Positions 25,993 to 38,535 of a stretch of DNA of 64,000 nucleotides are shown here, piece by piece. The stretch spans positions 25,903,175-25,967,174 of the forward strand of contig NC_092677.1 of assembly GCF_964355755.1 (NCBI RefSeq). The letters are read 5' to 3'. Within the stretch, counting starts at the first letter, position 1; every line of letters starts with the position of its first letter. Under the pieces are notes generated by a model. The model did no database searches and was not told the DNA's origin. It was given only the letters and a program-made list of their open reading frames with translations. The stretch comes from Antedon mediterranea (Eukaryota; Animalia; Echinodermata). A program made the translations under genes and the position numbers.

Positions 25993-27920
25993 ATATTTTT
26001 GGCAATCTTGTCCCTTAGGAAGAAATAGTTATTTTTAACATATTTTAAAATCATGTCCAAAAACATTCCATAATTACTAAATACCAGTTGAATAAAGGAA
26101 GGAAATTAAGCTCCATCTACACTATCAAACTAGTTTGACAAAAAAAAGTATGATATGCCAAAAAAATGGTAGTGATATGCCAAAATATGGTAGTGATATG
26201 ACATCATCATGGCCATATATGGGCACATCACATTTTTTTGTCACATAATGTTTGATAGTGTGGACAAGGCTTAACTTACGTTGGCTGGGAGCTTCAATTC
26301 AAAGATAAATTCAATATCGAAAAGCAAAAAATAAAAAAAAAGACAATACAAAGGAATAAACAATAAAATAAATTTGACCAAGAATTCTAAAACAAATGAA
26401 ATTTATTGAAAGTTGGAAAAAGAAATAGTTGAATGAACGAAGAAAGGATCACAAAAAACAAGGCCATATACATGGCTGCAGTGACGTGCTCAAGTTAGTG
26501 TTTACCGACCAACCGACCGAAATAGTGAGCTGTTACAAATTTAAATTGTTTAATGAGTAAATTTTTAGTGTTTACCGACCAACTGACCGACATAGTCAGC
26601 TGCTAAAAATATTAAATTATTTAATGAGTAAATGCATGTTTACTCTTTGGAACCTGTTAATTATTGGTAATATGTATTTATGGAGTTACTAGTCAATAAG
26701 TTACCGTTGTGAATGCCCTCGCCATGTGTAATAAAAAGATAATAATAATAAATAATAATAATATGTGTGTTTTTGCTGGATTGATTGAGATTTTTCTATT
26801 ATTATCCGATGTTCTGTTCGTCTTTGTAATCCATAATTTCTGAGTACAATATATACCAATATACCAATTCCACCAACATGTTTTCGTAGCGTTTTATTTT
26901 TTTTTTGCCACGCGCATGAACATGGAGAGTCAATTTTGATTTGACAAATTAAGCTTCGTTTTTCATGATTTGTTTTTTGATGATAACGTATTCGGGTTTA
27001 TAAGTAGGGAGTCTTTTCCGCCGCCGTCATCGTCGTCGTCGTTTCGTTTGTGGGAAGCGTATTCGACTTTTATCAAGTCTAGAACGAGTTGTCTATGACG
27101 TCATTACATCGGACCATCGTGAGGTTTTAATGTCAATCACATCTATGAGTATTTTACAATTCTTCTCCATGTAGAGAACGGGCGATAACAATCTACACCG
27201 CCGTTTTAAATTTAGCGCGGGTTGTCGATCGGAAGCCAGATGGAAATGTTTGATGAAAGCCATTCGCCAACTTGCCAAAGTACTATATGTTGATGACTGT
27301 TCGCAAATACATCAACAAATAAACGACATCACTTTCGTTTTGAGTGGTAGGCCTCCTTCCTGTATTCATATCGGAAATAAGTGTGCATTTCGTGTCCTAA
27401 ATTTAAAAAAAGAAAGGATCTCGCACTGCTGGAAGAAATGTATTCCACAAATGTCGATTGATTTAGCGCCAAAGTGCAATTTATCAGCAAACGATTCACA
27501 CCCCAACTCCACCCACCCCACACCTGAACTCAACCAAAGCGATGAATATATATTTAGGCACAGAAGTTCATTCTTACTTATTATAATATATAGGCCTAAA
27601 GTAAAAAGGCGGGGAATGAGCTACTAGGGGTTCATTGTACTATCGAATCCGAGATACAGGATTTTGAAATAGGGGTTCCCAGGGCCTAAAAATGGTGAAA
27701 TGAAGAATGGTGTAGCTTAAAATGTGATGCCCTATCTTTTGCTGGAATCTATATATACAAATTAATTAATTAAATTTCAGTATATTACCGGGCGGTTTAG
27801 AATTAATGTTCTTTGCCTGATTTGTTTATATATATATTATATAATATAAATCAGAGAGCTGCATAGGCAGGATATAGAAAAAAATCAAATAAGTTAAAAC
27901 TGCCTCAATATAGGTTTATT

Positions 27921-27959
27921 TTTACGACATGTTTCGGGCATAGCCCATCATCAGGTGAA
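27921..27959 (-). ncRNA. Minimal type I hammerhead ribozyme motif (Penelope-like element type)
   Basis: Minus strand UUCAC-CUGAUGA-U-GGGC-UAU-GCCC-GAAA-CAUGUC-GUAAA: intact core, 4-bp stem II, palindromic ACAUGU stem III, GUC cleavage triplet, one mismatch in stem I. Confidence 0.75.
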
Positions 27960-29459
27960 GAGAATTGTAACAAAGGATAACATATAAGTCACAAAATTAC
28001 ATAATAAAACAAATCAGCCAATCAAAGATGTTAACAACAATACTTATCAAAGATGTTAACAACAATAATATATAATACTGTATATATCTCATGTCGGACC
28101 TACCGACCGATCTATCCGGGAAAACAATTACAAGCGGAGTTTAGTACGATTTGAGCGTCTTTCAAGTCACGAAATGTGTGCAGAATGGATGAACGAACGG
28201 GCTAAAAAAAAAAGGACCAACTCACACAGACATAAACATAGAACTAAAACAGTCAGTAGGGCCTCCTACAATTGGAACAAAAGCGAAACCATTTTTTTTG
28301 TCATAATCACACATTTTTTTTCCTCAAAATGTTATCAATGGTTTACAATTAACGCAGAGTGATTGAATTATTATCTTCCAGTTGACTTTTATATTCGATT
28401 TCCTTTTTGCACAACTCCCTTTCTTTTTAGGATGGAATCAAACACAATGGGAATGACGTCACACGCAATGCATTTTCCTGTTATTAAAGCAAAAATAACA
28501 CTTGTAAAATGTAACTGTATGTTTGTTGTATGTATATATTATGTATAGTGTGTTCGTTGTCACAAATTCTCTTTTTTCAAAAGCTATTGGGGTTTTTGTA
28601 GCAGTTGGACCTCGCCGCGGTCGATTTTGAATCCACCTCCGCGTTTTCTTAACGGTCATCATTTAGGCTTGGTTCGCACAAGGACATACTGTACACGTAA
28701 TTTTGTCTAAAGCTTGGTATCCACTGAGAACGCCGCGACGTAGATAAGCGCATCGCAAGCAATTGACCAATCACGAAGCGATGGGTCATCCAAACAGTCG
28801 CTTGTGATTTGTCAACTCACACGTGCGTGGAAACCAAGCGTAATATTGACTCATCGGATTCGCGTTGCGAAACGTGGAAACCGGACCAGATTCGTACTGA
28901 GCAGCCCAGTGCGCATGTTGTTTATGTTTATGAAATGTTTTTGTGTCGCATTCAAATTCAAAGTTGAAATATGAAAAGAAAAAACAGAAAAGAGTTTCGA
29001 TATGAAATAGTGTTATAAATTATCTTTGATAACATCGAATTTCATGTCAAAATGAGATTGATTAAAGTTCGAAAGAAGCGAGAAAGAAAATAGTTTGACA
29101 TTTAGTCCTGAAGTTGTTTATACAACGAAAGAATCAAAACGAAACTGTTTGGATGAGTCAGTATTTTTGTTTTAAAATAGTTTCACCGGGTTGAAAGGAT
29201 AGGATATTTTAAACAATCGTTTTTCATTATCGATGGTTTGAAATTTCGTTTTTGACATTTACTGAAATTAGAGAGGCCCATAGCCTTGCAGGGACGGGTC
29301 TCAGGATGTGTGGAGTGGCCGGGCATATTAGGACGGATTTAGATATTAAAAAACAGAAATGGTTATTTATTATGGCCTCCGTCGATGGCCTCTAATAAAT
29401 TTTTCATTGAAAGGTTTTAAAACAATAAGGATCGGCGATTAAAACTATCCGCCCAATTA

Positions 29460-29622
29460 TAAAATATAGTCACGTCATGTAATAGACGCGCGCGTAGACA
29501 TATATATCGCGCGTATCGCTGTACTGTATCACGTGTGTTGTAAAATATAGTAACGTCATATAATAGACGCGCGCGTCGGCATCATGTTAGTCACGCGTAT
29601 CCGCTGTACTGCGTCACGTGTG
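29460..29622. repeat. Two-copy ~81-bp CpG-rich tandem duplication upstream of the Myb/SANT gene
   Basis: TAAAATATAGTCACGTCATGTAATAGACGCGCGCGT...TCACGTGTGT occurs twice (from ~29460 and 29541), with CACGTG and ACGTCA motifs. Confidence 0.7.
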
Positions 29623-30013
29623 TCAGACCAGCGATACAACGGGGGGAAGACTGTTTCAACTTGGTTTGGATTTATTACTGTAATCGATTATTGCGTTGTA
29701 ATAATTTCATAATCCGTGATCAAATAGAGCGACTGTGTGTTTGGTATCCGTTATGCTGTTTGTGATTTGTTTACTTCCTTTCTTGAACGATGTATAAGGT
29801 CACGCACCGTTCCGATACTAAACCAGTTTACAAAGACACCTACACGGCCACAAGAGGCGAATCAGGCGTTGAAGACGGATAACGCACCTCACACACGCTT
29901 GTCATCTATCCGCATAGTAAGTGAGCAGCTTAGAACAACCGGTTTAAAACGCCGCTTAATGCGATTATCTTTGTGTTTTTGCTACTAACGCCGAAAGCTG
30001 ACATTTCTAAAAG

Positions 30014-33000
30014 ATGTGGGATGATGAATCTATAAAATGTTTATTAGGAATTTGGAACTCGCAGGATATTTACCCGCAGTTTGACGGCACACGAAGGAAT
30101 GGAGTCGTGTACAATGTGATTACCGATCGACTGAAAGAACAAGGCTACGAGCGAACCGTGGCCCAAGTACGTACCAAGATGAAAAATATGAGGCGGGAAT
30201 ACTTTCAGATCCGGGAGAGCATGGTGGCTGGGGTGGTGGACAGAAAGGTCTGGTGGCCGTACTATGACGAATTGGAGAAGATCGTCAACAAGATAAAACC
30301 ATCCACTCAAAACATGTCAATTTATTATTGCCGACCCCATAGCTGTATTGATTTTGGTGACGATTCCGATCTGACGATGAACGGAGATGAGGGTGAAGAT
30401 GATTTGGAGTCGGTGGAGGTGTCGTCCGCTGCTGCTGCTGCTGCCACGGGAGTTATCGTTAACGGAAATTCGTCTGGGAATGAAAAACGAGGGACAGAAA
30501 AACGAGGAAGTGAAACAGGAGAAGAAATTAATGGACCATCTACTACTCGTGTACCAGGTAAATTTCTGTATATTTTTGCCATTGATTGATTCATGGAGGT
30601 CTATTTTATACCTCCATGATTGATTGGAGAAGAGACGGGTTGGCGTGTTAGAGGATGGGGAAATTCCCTTTTACCAGGGAAGAGTTAAATTAAAATGTAA
30701 TTAACTCTTCCCTGCTTTTACAAAGATGGGGCCAATCTAGGTCTATCCCAATAATAATTTAAATGCAGGGGTTTTCAGAGGAAAGAGGACATTCCAAAGA
30801 AAAACAATTTGGGAAATTCCCTGTAGACTTTATTCAACGAGATATACAAAAAAAAGTTTGCATAAAAATCTATTAATATAATCTAATTATTTTTAATAGT
30901 TATTTTTAAAACAATAGTTTTGTTGTGACAAGGAAACGTCCTGAGAAAAAAACTACTATAATTAAGCTGTTTAATCTTTCATTTTTATGAAATGTTTATT
31001 TTTTTATTTTTTTTTTTTCACAGAACCAATAAGAATCAGGAAAAGAAAGGTACAGTATTATGTAATGTTTATTTGTATCACAATGAGAAAAAAAAGCAAA
31101 CTATTTCTCTGATGTTAATAAAATATACAAAAATAATTGAAATTTGTAAAAGAACAAATATTGAAATTAAATTTTGATGACTTATTCTTGTTTAGGGACC
31201 ACTACCTAATCAATTTGATAAATAAATAGCAAATATCAACAAATTATATGGAACTATTAAAACAAATCTTGAACTCTGTCTACACTATCAAACTTTATGT
31301 GACAAAAAAAAAGTGATGTCATATCACTACCATATTTGGGCACATCACACTTTTTTTGTCAAACTGGTTTGATAGTGTAGACAGAGCTTTACAATTTGTT
31401 TCCGAAAAAATTTTTTTCAGAAAACTATTTATTCTTTGATATTATTTATTTAGATGTCGGAACTTCTCCTAAACATGGATGATGCATACAATGACCTCGT
31501 GACAAAAAGGCGCAAGTTTCAGCAACCAAAATATCATAATATACTTGTTCATCGGCAGAATCTCTATGAAGGTAGGCAGAACAGAGGCCGTTTTATTAAA
31601 CTTTTATTGTATCTCATACTCTTATCCAAAAGTAATCTTTTACCAACTGAAATTAGAAACAAAAGTAACTGGGAAAAATATCTATAAATTCAAAAATATA
31701 TCAACTAAAATGTCTTCTAAGTGATTCTGCATATATCTACTTTTTTTTAAATTTTACTTTGTATGTCTGTATGTCTTTTAGACAAAAGAAATTTTTTTTT
31801 AAACTGTTCTTTATACCTTTCAAATTAAGCCTATGTATGCTTTTATTTGTCTGTATATATGTTACTGGACCATTTTGAAAAAGCAGTAATATGTTACTGA
31901 AAATGCAATTTAGTCAAAGAAAAAATAAATAAATAAATAAATGTAATAGCAGGTAATAGGTAACAATGTATGTAAAAAAAGAAAAACACAGCCCAATAAT
32001 AAATTGTAAAAACAATTATGACCAGGATATTAACAAAACCGGTGGGTGTTATATTGATTATATTAAACAGGTTGTATATTTCTTGTCAAATTACTATTAA
32101 AAAACAACTAGGAAGTTAAAATATTTTTGAAAATTCCTTCTTTGTTTTTAGTAATATGGTCATATGATTGTATATTTATTTTTAGTTTTTTTTTTGCAAT
32201 CTGTTATCTGAGACGTAATCATATTTCTCTTTCATTATTGAAAACAATTGAATGAATAATTTGTAGTTGAGTTACATTTGAAAAATGTTTTCTTTTACTT
32301 TCGATTTATTTTGAAAGATAAGCGTTCTATCAGGCCCTTTTTGTTTCCTATTGAAATATGTTTGGTAATATGAAGTATGTTTCTTACCATAAAAATCTTA
32401 GGGCGTGTTCAGACCTACGGAGTTATGCTTTCGTATTGTACGCTACGCTAACCCTACAACTCCATAGGTCTGAACCAGGAAAAGATTAGTGGAAGCCACC
32501 TCTTACGACACTGATCTTTTGTTCGTTATGAAAGTAATGTATTAACGATTTTGACCTCTATCCAATCAAATATACTCCTGCATACCAGATGTTCGCCCAA
32601 ATTTGTGACACTTCAGTTTCAAACGAAAGCGCTAGTTAAGCAAATCTGAACACTTTGCTGTTACAACGCTTATAATATGACATTGTTTGCGATACAAAAA
32701 CTCCATGGATCTGAACATCCCTTAGTTGAACAGTTTCTTTAATAACAATTTTGCTTTTTAAGGTTTTCTCCGACATGAAAGCAGGACGTGTGTTGAGAAT
32801 GCACATCACACCACTGGCAAGCTGGACTATTGCGAGGAAGATGAAGAAGCATGGCTGTATTTTGGTCCAGTCAAAAAAACAAATGATGTACGTCCACTAC
32901 AGAGTTTTGTATTATATAACATTGCATCATTGAAAGTAAATAAAATCACATCCAGTAAATGATTTAAGAGATAAATATGCTATTATTTTGAAACTGCTAG

Positions 33001-35287
33001 CAGCATTTGAATTATGTGCTCCTTATATATAATTTCAAAAACCATACTCGGGCAACTTAACTTCAATTTCAACTTAACTTCAATTTATTTTCCAAATTTC
33101 AAGTAAAGTAATAAAGTAAATATTTGATGGAGGGAAAAACCAAAAGAGCAATGCTTTTTTGTGTGGCTACCCTCAGGCAGCTTGTTGGCGTCCAAAGTTG
33201 GTTCTACATAGGCGGATCAAAACTCCTCCCCTAAACTTTGGAAATTACGATTTTAAAGATAGTGCATTAAGTTCAGTTCAGCACTTAAGCTCTGTCTACA
33301 CTATCAAACTTGTGATTATCCAAAAATGTGATGTGCCATATATGCACAAGATGATGTCATATCACTACCATATTTAAGCATATCACTACCATATTTGGGC
33401 ACATCACATTTTTTTTGCCTTGTTTGATAGAGTAGACAGAGCTTTAGTTTCACAATTTCTAGGCCGCCAGCTGCTCCCCCTAATTCCTGGATGCACCACT
33501 GAAACAGCACAATACTCTTGTCTTGTTCATAGAATTCGGTTACAAACATTACTGAGAAGGATCGAGGTATGGATGTGTTCCTGCTGGCGATTCTGTTTGC
33601 CTCTCAACACAACTCTCTGGAAACCAAATACCAACCAAGATTTAAGTCAGAGGTCAGACTCTAATTTGCACTCCATACTAAAAGAAATTATTATTATTAT
33701 TATTCATAATGCATCATAAGTTATTTATATTAAAATGTTGCAAATTTTTAAAAATAGATATTTTTTATTATTTTTTTTATATTATTTTTATTTACTTTGT
33801 TGATCAGAGATTGAGCAATGGTGTAGACGGCCCCTCGTATAATACATCTCTTGAACTACAAGAAGCAGCCAATCGCTGGCCTCTGTTACCAAGGAGACAG
33901 TTACAAAGGGCATTGGGAGATTATGAACTAATGGTAAATATTTGAGAATATTATTTGAATATCTTACTAGCTTGAGTCCCGGCTTGAGTACATAAGAGGT
34001 GTTTTTTTTTTGGTGGGGGGGGGGGGGGGGAATTATGGTGTTGCAACATCAGTTATATGGTGTGGAGATCCACTGTAGGGTGGAAATTACCCTTTTTATG
34101 ATCTGTAACATTTGTAGTTAAAAGAAATAGTTTAATGAAAATAATATAATATAAATTTAGAGTTGATACTTGGCTACAGATATCGGCGTCCTGGGTTCAA
34201 ATCATCAAGTCAAACGGCAGGATTTTTTCTCAGGAGAAAACAACACCTCTCTCAAAAAAATAAATCACCCAAAGTGCTTTAAATAAAGATGTATTGTCTG
34301 AAAAAACAATTTTTTCATTTTTTGTTGTTGAATATGCCATTTTATTGTCACATAGTAGTTATCCACTTTGAACAAAAATTTTATCAAAAAAAATTGTATT
34401 TACCTGAAAAAATTGTAATTTTAAAGCAAAAAATAGTCAAATTGGCTGCCAGCAAATGGGTTTTGGTTACAATTTACCATTTATTTTGTCTTTTTATAAG
34501 TGAAATAATTATATTTTCATTTGTTTTTTCTATAGAAATGAATAACTTTAATATTAAAACTAAAAAAATGGCCTATTAAAAGTCTTTATTAATTTTCAAT
34601 TTTCATTTTTTGGGGAACAATACATCTTTAAATAAAGGGATTAACTCATATTTATTTTATTTTTTTTGTTATTTTTATTTTTAGGAGCAAGAAAGTAGAG
34701 CATTTGTTGATTATCAGCTTCTATTTTGGGTTGCAAGTGATGACTCGTTTCACGACCGAAGAGGAAAAAACTTTGCAAAGAAGGTACTTGACGTTCTTTT
34801 TTCATGGCACAAAGACGCAGATATTAAAATGTCTACGCAAGGCGCTGACCAAATGTTAGCAATACGCGGGATTGTTGCGCCGTTACCCGTATTGAGCCAG
34901 GGTAACGAGGCAAGAGCATTAACACTGACGCATAGAATTCGAAACCATCTTCCAATCACAATGGAGACGTCGTTACACGATGGTAAAATGTCGGATTTGT
35001 ACGTATTTGACACTAAACGCGGTAAAGTACTTCTGCTTGGAATCGTTTCAAACGGCGGTGAGAGTTTAGAATTGCGTAAAAATCAACTCATGGAACATAT
35101 GTTGTTGTCATGGCGACCATATCAGACAATGATGTTCGGCATTTTATTTCGGCCTACTTGCGTTTATCTTGTGATTTTCGAACTTGATATGCAAAGCAGA
35201 GAATTAAGGCGGTCGATTTCACCTCCACTCAAATATCAGAAAGATGGTTTGCGTACGGTTTTCGAGAGTGTATTGTCAACTTTATAG
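30014..35287 (+). CDS. Uncharacterised ~553-aa protein: N-terminal Myb/SANT-like (trihelix, Myb_DNA-bind_4 type) domain, acidic linker, NLS, and C-terminal PD-(D/E)XK-like region
   Basis: GT-AG exons 30014-30557, 31024-31049, 31454-31571, 32763-32887, 33533-33652, 33808-33933, 34685-35287 total 1662 nt and splice without stops. N-terminus MWDDESIKCLLGIW...RNGVVYNVITDRLKEQGYERTVAQVRTKMKNMRREY...WPYYDELEKI is a typical GT1/MSANTD-type domain. Confidence 0.8.
32401..32721. mobile_element. Harbinger-type MITE family D (TIR GGGCGTGTTCAGACCTACGGAGTT)
   Basis: Imperfect inverted termini (right end AACTCCATGGATCTGAACATCCC) with TTA on both flanks. Confidence 0.7.
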
Positions 35288-35464
35288 AGAAAACAACTCT
35301 TTTATGAAACAACTACTTTGTCTACGTTGAACAATAAATGACAAAAAAAAAAGTTATTGGATGGTAATAATGCACATACTACTACTGTATAATAGGCCTA
35401 TAGTGTTTAAATAATTATAATAATAATATACAACTTCTTGTATATTGCCGAATTTCAACGAATC

Positions 35465-35645
35465 TTTCATTGCTCATGGCGCTATGGACTCAGATGTTGC
35501 ACTTTTCAACTACATGCTTCTCCCCTAAGGTTCACTGCATGTCAGTGCAGCCAATTTAAGGCGCACTCTCATCTGTCCACAACACAGCGGCTGTGTGTGA
35601 ACTAGTTCACCGTGGTAACCTCCTACTCATCTCGAAAGATGGAAA
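35465..35645 (-). mobile_element. Deu/Nin-domain SINE fragment
   Basis: Minus strand CATCTTTCGAGATGAGTAGGAGGTTACCACGGTG matches the SINE at ~58958-58991 at 31/34 positions; the 3' part differs. Boundaries are approximate. Confidence 0.55.
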
Positions 35646-36687
35646 AACTAGCCACTTCAGCATTTTTTGCTAACTGGAAATTGATTTAGCCATCCATTGT
35701 ATATTGGATTACAGGATGCCGGGAACCTAGACACCAATTTATTTTTTGGTTAGTTTCATCGGCCGAAAATCAGATACTAATGAAAGATGGAACCAAGGTA
35801 GACAAAAAAATCCGTAGACTGATGAAACTTCCTCGTTAACTCGTACCAACAAACAAGAGGTTGACACTTGGACAATTGTCGTTTCATAAAATGAGTTACA
35901 AATAAGTTTACAAAAATAAAAAAAACAACAAACAAACAAGCAAAGGCTTAATTTTTATCATCAATAAATATTAGTGTTTATAAAATGCTCTCGTCTTATA
36001 AACCTATTTTTGTAAATGTCCAGTGTAGTTCACATATCCACATGCAAGCCAAGGTCCTCATAGGGCAGATAAAGTCTTCAAAATTTGGTACTGTGCTTGT
36101 TTTGGAAATTGGGAGCTGAAGAAGATAGCACTCGGATGATGCTACCCAGATATTTCAGAAATAAGAAAGAAAGAAATCTATCATAATTTTGACCTAAAAT
36201 CTAGTGAGGTTTATACCAAGTAAAGAAAGCTATGAGACCTCACTGGCTAAACCCAGGGGCCCCATAGCTTAAGGGGCCCCAGAGTCAGCCCTAATGCAAT
36301 CACCCAGCGTTACCGTAGGAGTGCTAAACTAGGGTCCTTTGCCCCATGCGTTACACCACTGAGTAAAGAAGATATACACTGTACGATTTTTAGTTAACTT
36401 TTATTAAATTAATTTTACAAACGTAACAAATATAACAAAACAAACATTTGCCTATTATATCTGGCAAAAAACAAAACACTTTTTGGAGCAGTATTTTCTA
36501 TGTCTACAGGTCCAGCCTATTATAGAAAATCAACTCAATGAAGCAAGTAGTAACATTGAAAATTAATTTATCAAATTGTAAATTAAAATTATTTAAATAA
36601 TTAAATTTATTTTGGAATGAATTCATTATTTGATTTATTTGCAATGCCTGAACAAAAAGTATAAAACCTAGATAATTCTAAAGCTTG

Positions 36688-36926
36688 GATATATTGTTAT
36701 TTTAGAAATATTCTTTTTTTCAAACCAACAATTAGTAAACTAACCTTCTTGACAGTTTCGCTGTCCTGATCTTCTTCTTCAGAAATAATGATGATCTATC
36801 ATCAAACAGATTGACCTCTAGAGGGCCTATTCTGTTTAATGACAGGGTCATACACGTGACTGTCAAGAAGGTTAGTTTACTAATTGTTGGTTTGAAAAAA
36901 GAATATTTCCAAAATAACTTATATCT
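36688..36926. repeat. Long inverted repeat (~70-bp arms, ~100-bp spacer)
   Basis: ...GAAATATTCTTTTTTTCAAACCAACAATTAGTAAACTAACCTTCTTGACAGT pairs with ACTGTCAAGAAGGTTAGTTTACTAATTGTTGGTTTGAAAAAAGAATATTTC... Confidence 0.8.
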
Positions 36927-37136
36927 ACAAACCAAATAAACAATTTCAATCATGGATGTATTGTATTTAACAATATATTTTAAATTTTAGAAACAAAAAA
37001 TATTATATAAATATGAGTATATTGTGTCTAGTAAATCTAATAAATTGTCTTTTAGCTGTTTTCTCATCCAAAGTATTATCCAAAATTGAATATAATTTAT
37101 ATTCATTTACCAAATAAAAGAAAAAAAGTACAATAG

Positions 37137-37298
37137 TACAATATAACCCCTCATTTGGGACACCCCTATCAAAGGGACACTTTCCTGTGGAAGGAACGAA
37201 GAGCAAGAGAAAGGTCACCCCTATTCAGGGGTCACCCGTATTAAAGGGACACTTTGTCGAGTCCTGAAGTGTCCCCTAATATAAAGAATTTTACTGTA
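37137..37298. mobile_element. Degenerate pogo/Tigger-type MITE
   Basis: TACA...ACTGTA termini and repeated internal GGGACAC / GTGTCCC motifs. Confidence 0.5.
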
Positions 37299-37547
37299 AT
37301 TTGATTTCCATACATATTCCTTCACCTGTGTTTCATAAATATTATTCAATATCTTACAAAATGCATTTTGATTAAAATCCCTGGTTATCATTCAATATAT
37401 AGATATTTACATTTGTTTTTACAAATAGCTAGTGTACCTAATTATTGCACCAATATGAAATAAAATTGCGCATTTTATATTTTCTAATATTATTACTATT
37501 CATTCAGATACAATGAATACAGATATTTGTTGAAATAAAAAGATACT

Positions 37548-38212
37548 GGTACCTCCTGCACCTCCCGTGTCGGGGTACCTCCCGTGTCGTGGTACATCCC
37601 GTGCCGTGGTACATCCCGCATCTCCCGTGTCGGGGTACCTCCCGTGTCGGGGTACCTCCCGTGTTGTAGTACATCCCGCATCTCCCGTGTCGGGGTACAT
37701 CCTGTGTTGGGGTACCTCCTGTGTCGGGGTACCTCCCGCATCTCCTGTGTTGGGGTACCTCTTGTGTCGGGGTACCTCCCGCATCTCCTGTGTTGGTTTT
37801 ACCTCCCGCATCTTCTGTGTTGGTTTTACCTCCCTCATCTCCTGTGTTGGTTTTACCTCCCTCATCTCCTGTGTCGGGGTACCTCCCGCATCTCCTGTGT
37901 TGGTTTTACCTCCCTCATCTCCTGTGTCGGGGTACCTCCCGCATCTCCTGTGTTGGTTTTACCTCCCTCATCTCCCGTGTCAGGGTACCTCCCGCATCTC
38001 CTGTGTTGGTTTTACCTCCCTCATCTCCTTTGTCGGGGTACCTCCCGCATCTCCTGTGTTGGTTTTACCTCCCTCATCTCCTGTGTCGGGGTACCTCCCG
38101 CATCTCCTGTGTTGGTTTTACCTCCCTCATCTCCCGTGTCAGAGTACCTCCCTCATCTCCCGTGTCAGGGTACCTCCCGCATCTCCCGTGTCAGGGTACC
38201 TCCCGCATCTCC
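37548..38212. repeat. GC-rich compound minisatellite (15/21/24-bp related units around TACCTCCC..ATCTCC.GTGT.GG)
   Basis: Tandem array with higher-order alternation; accounts for five overlapping spurious ORFs. Confidence 0.95.
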
Positions 38213-38535
38213 CTACTATGTGCTGATTCGTACTGAAAAAATTATAATTTATACTACAGTATTTTTTCATAAAAACTACTATATTTATGTTTTAATAGTA
38301 AAGCACCCCTTTTTACAAATTTTGTATAATGCACTATTTTTACTACTGTTTTAATTAGTATTTTGACATATTCATTCATTTCCTTTATTTCGGATAGTAC
38401 ATCCCATATACAAAACATACAAAACAAAAAGAGAACAAATGTCACCAGGAAATTAACAATATCATCTTCCAACAAACAACATATGATTTCATAAAAACCT
38501 CTTTTGCCTGTTTAAACAGAAACATACAAATAGGT

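Noticed and set aside
27093-27627. ORFs of 61-125 aa in the CpG-richer intergenic region
   Set aside because: No recognisable domain and no consistent splice partners; cannot support a gene.
33316-33549. Recurrent [12 protein letters not shown] peptides in many short ORFs, suggesting a protein family
   Set aside because: All are translations of the non-coding family A MITE.
29000-36000. Autonomous Harbinger transposon around the Myb/SANT gene
   Set aside because: No DDE transposase ORF or enclosing TIRs found; the gene has six ordinary coding-region introns like a host gene.
37496-38354. Long ORFs of 81-256 aa on both strands
   Set aside because: They arise from a stop-poor GC-rich minisatellite that is open in most frames.
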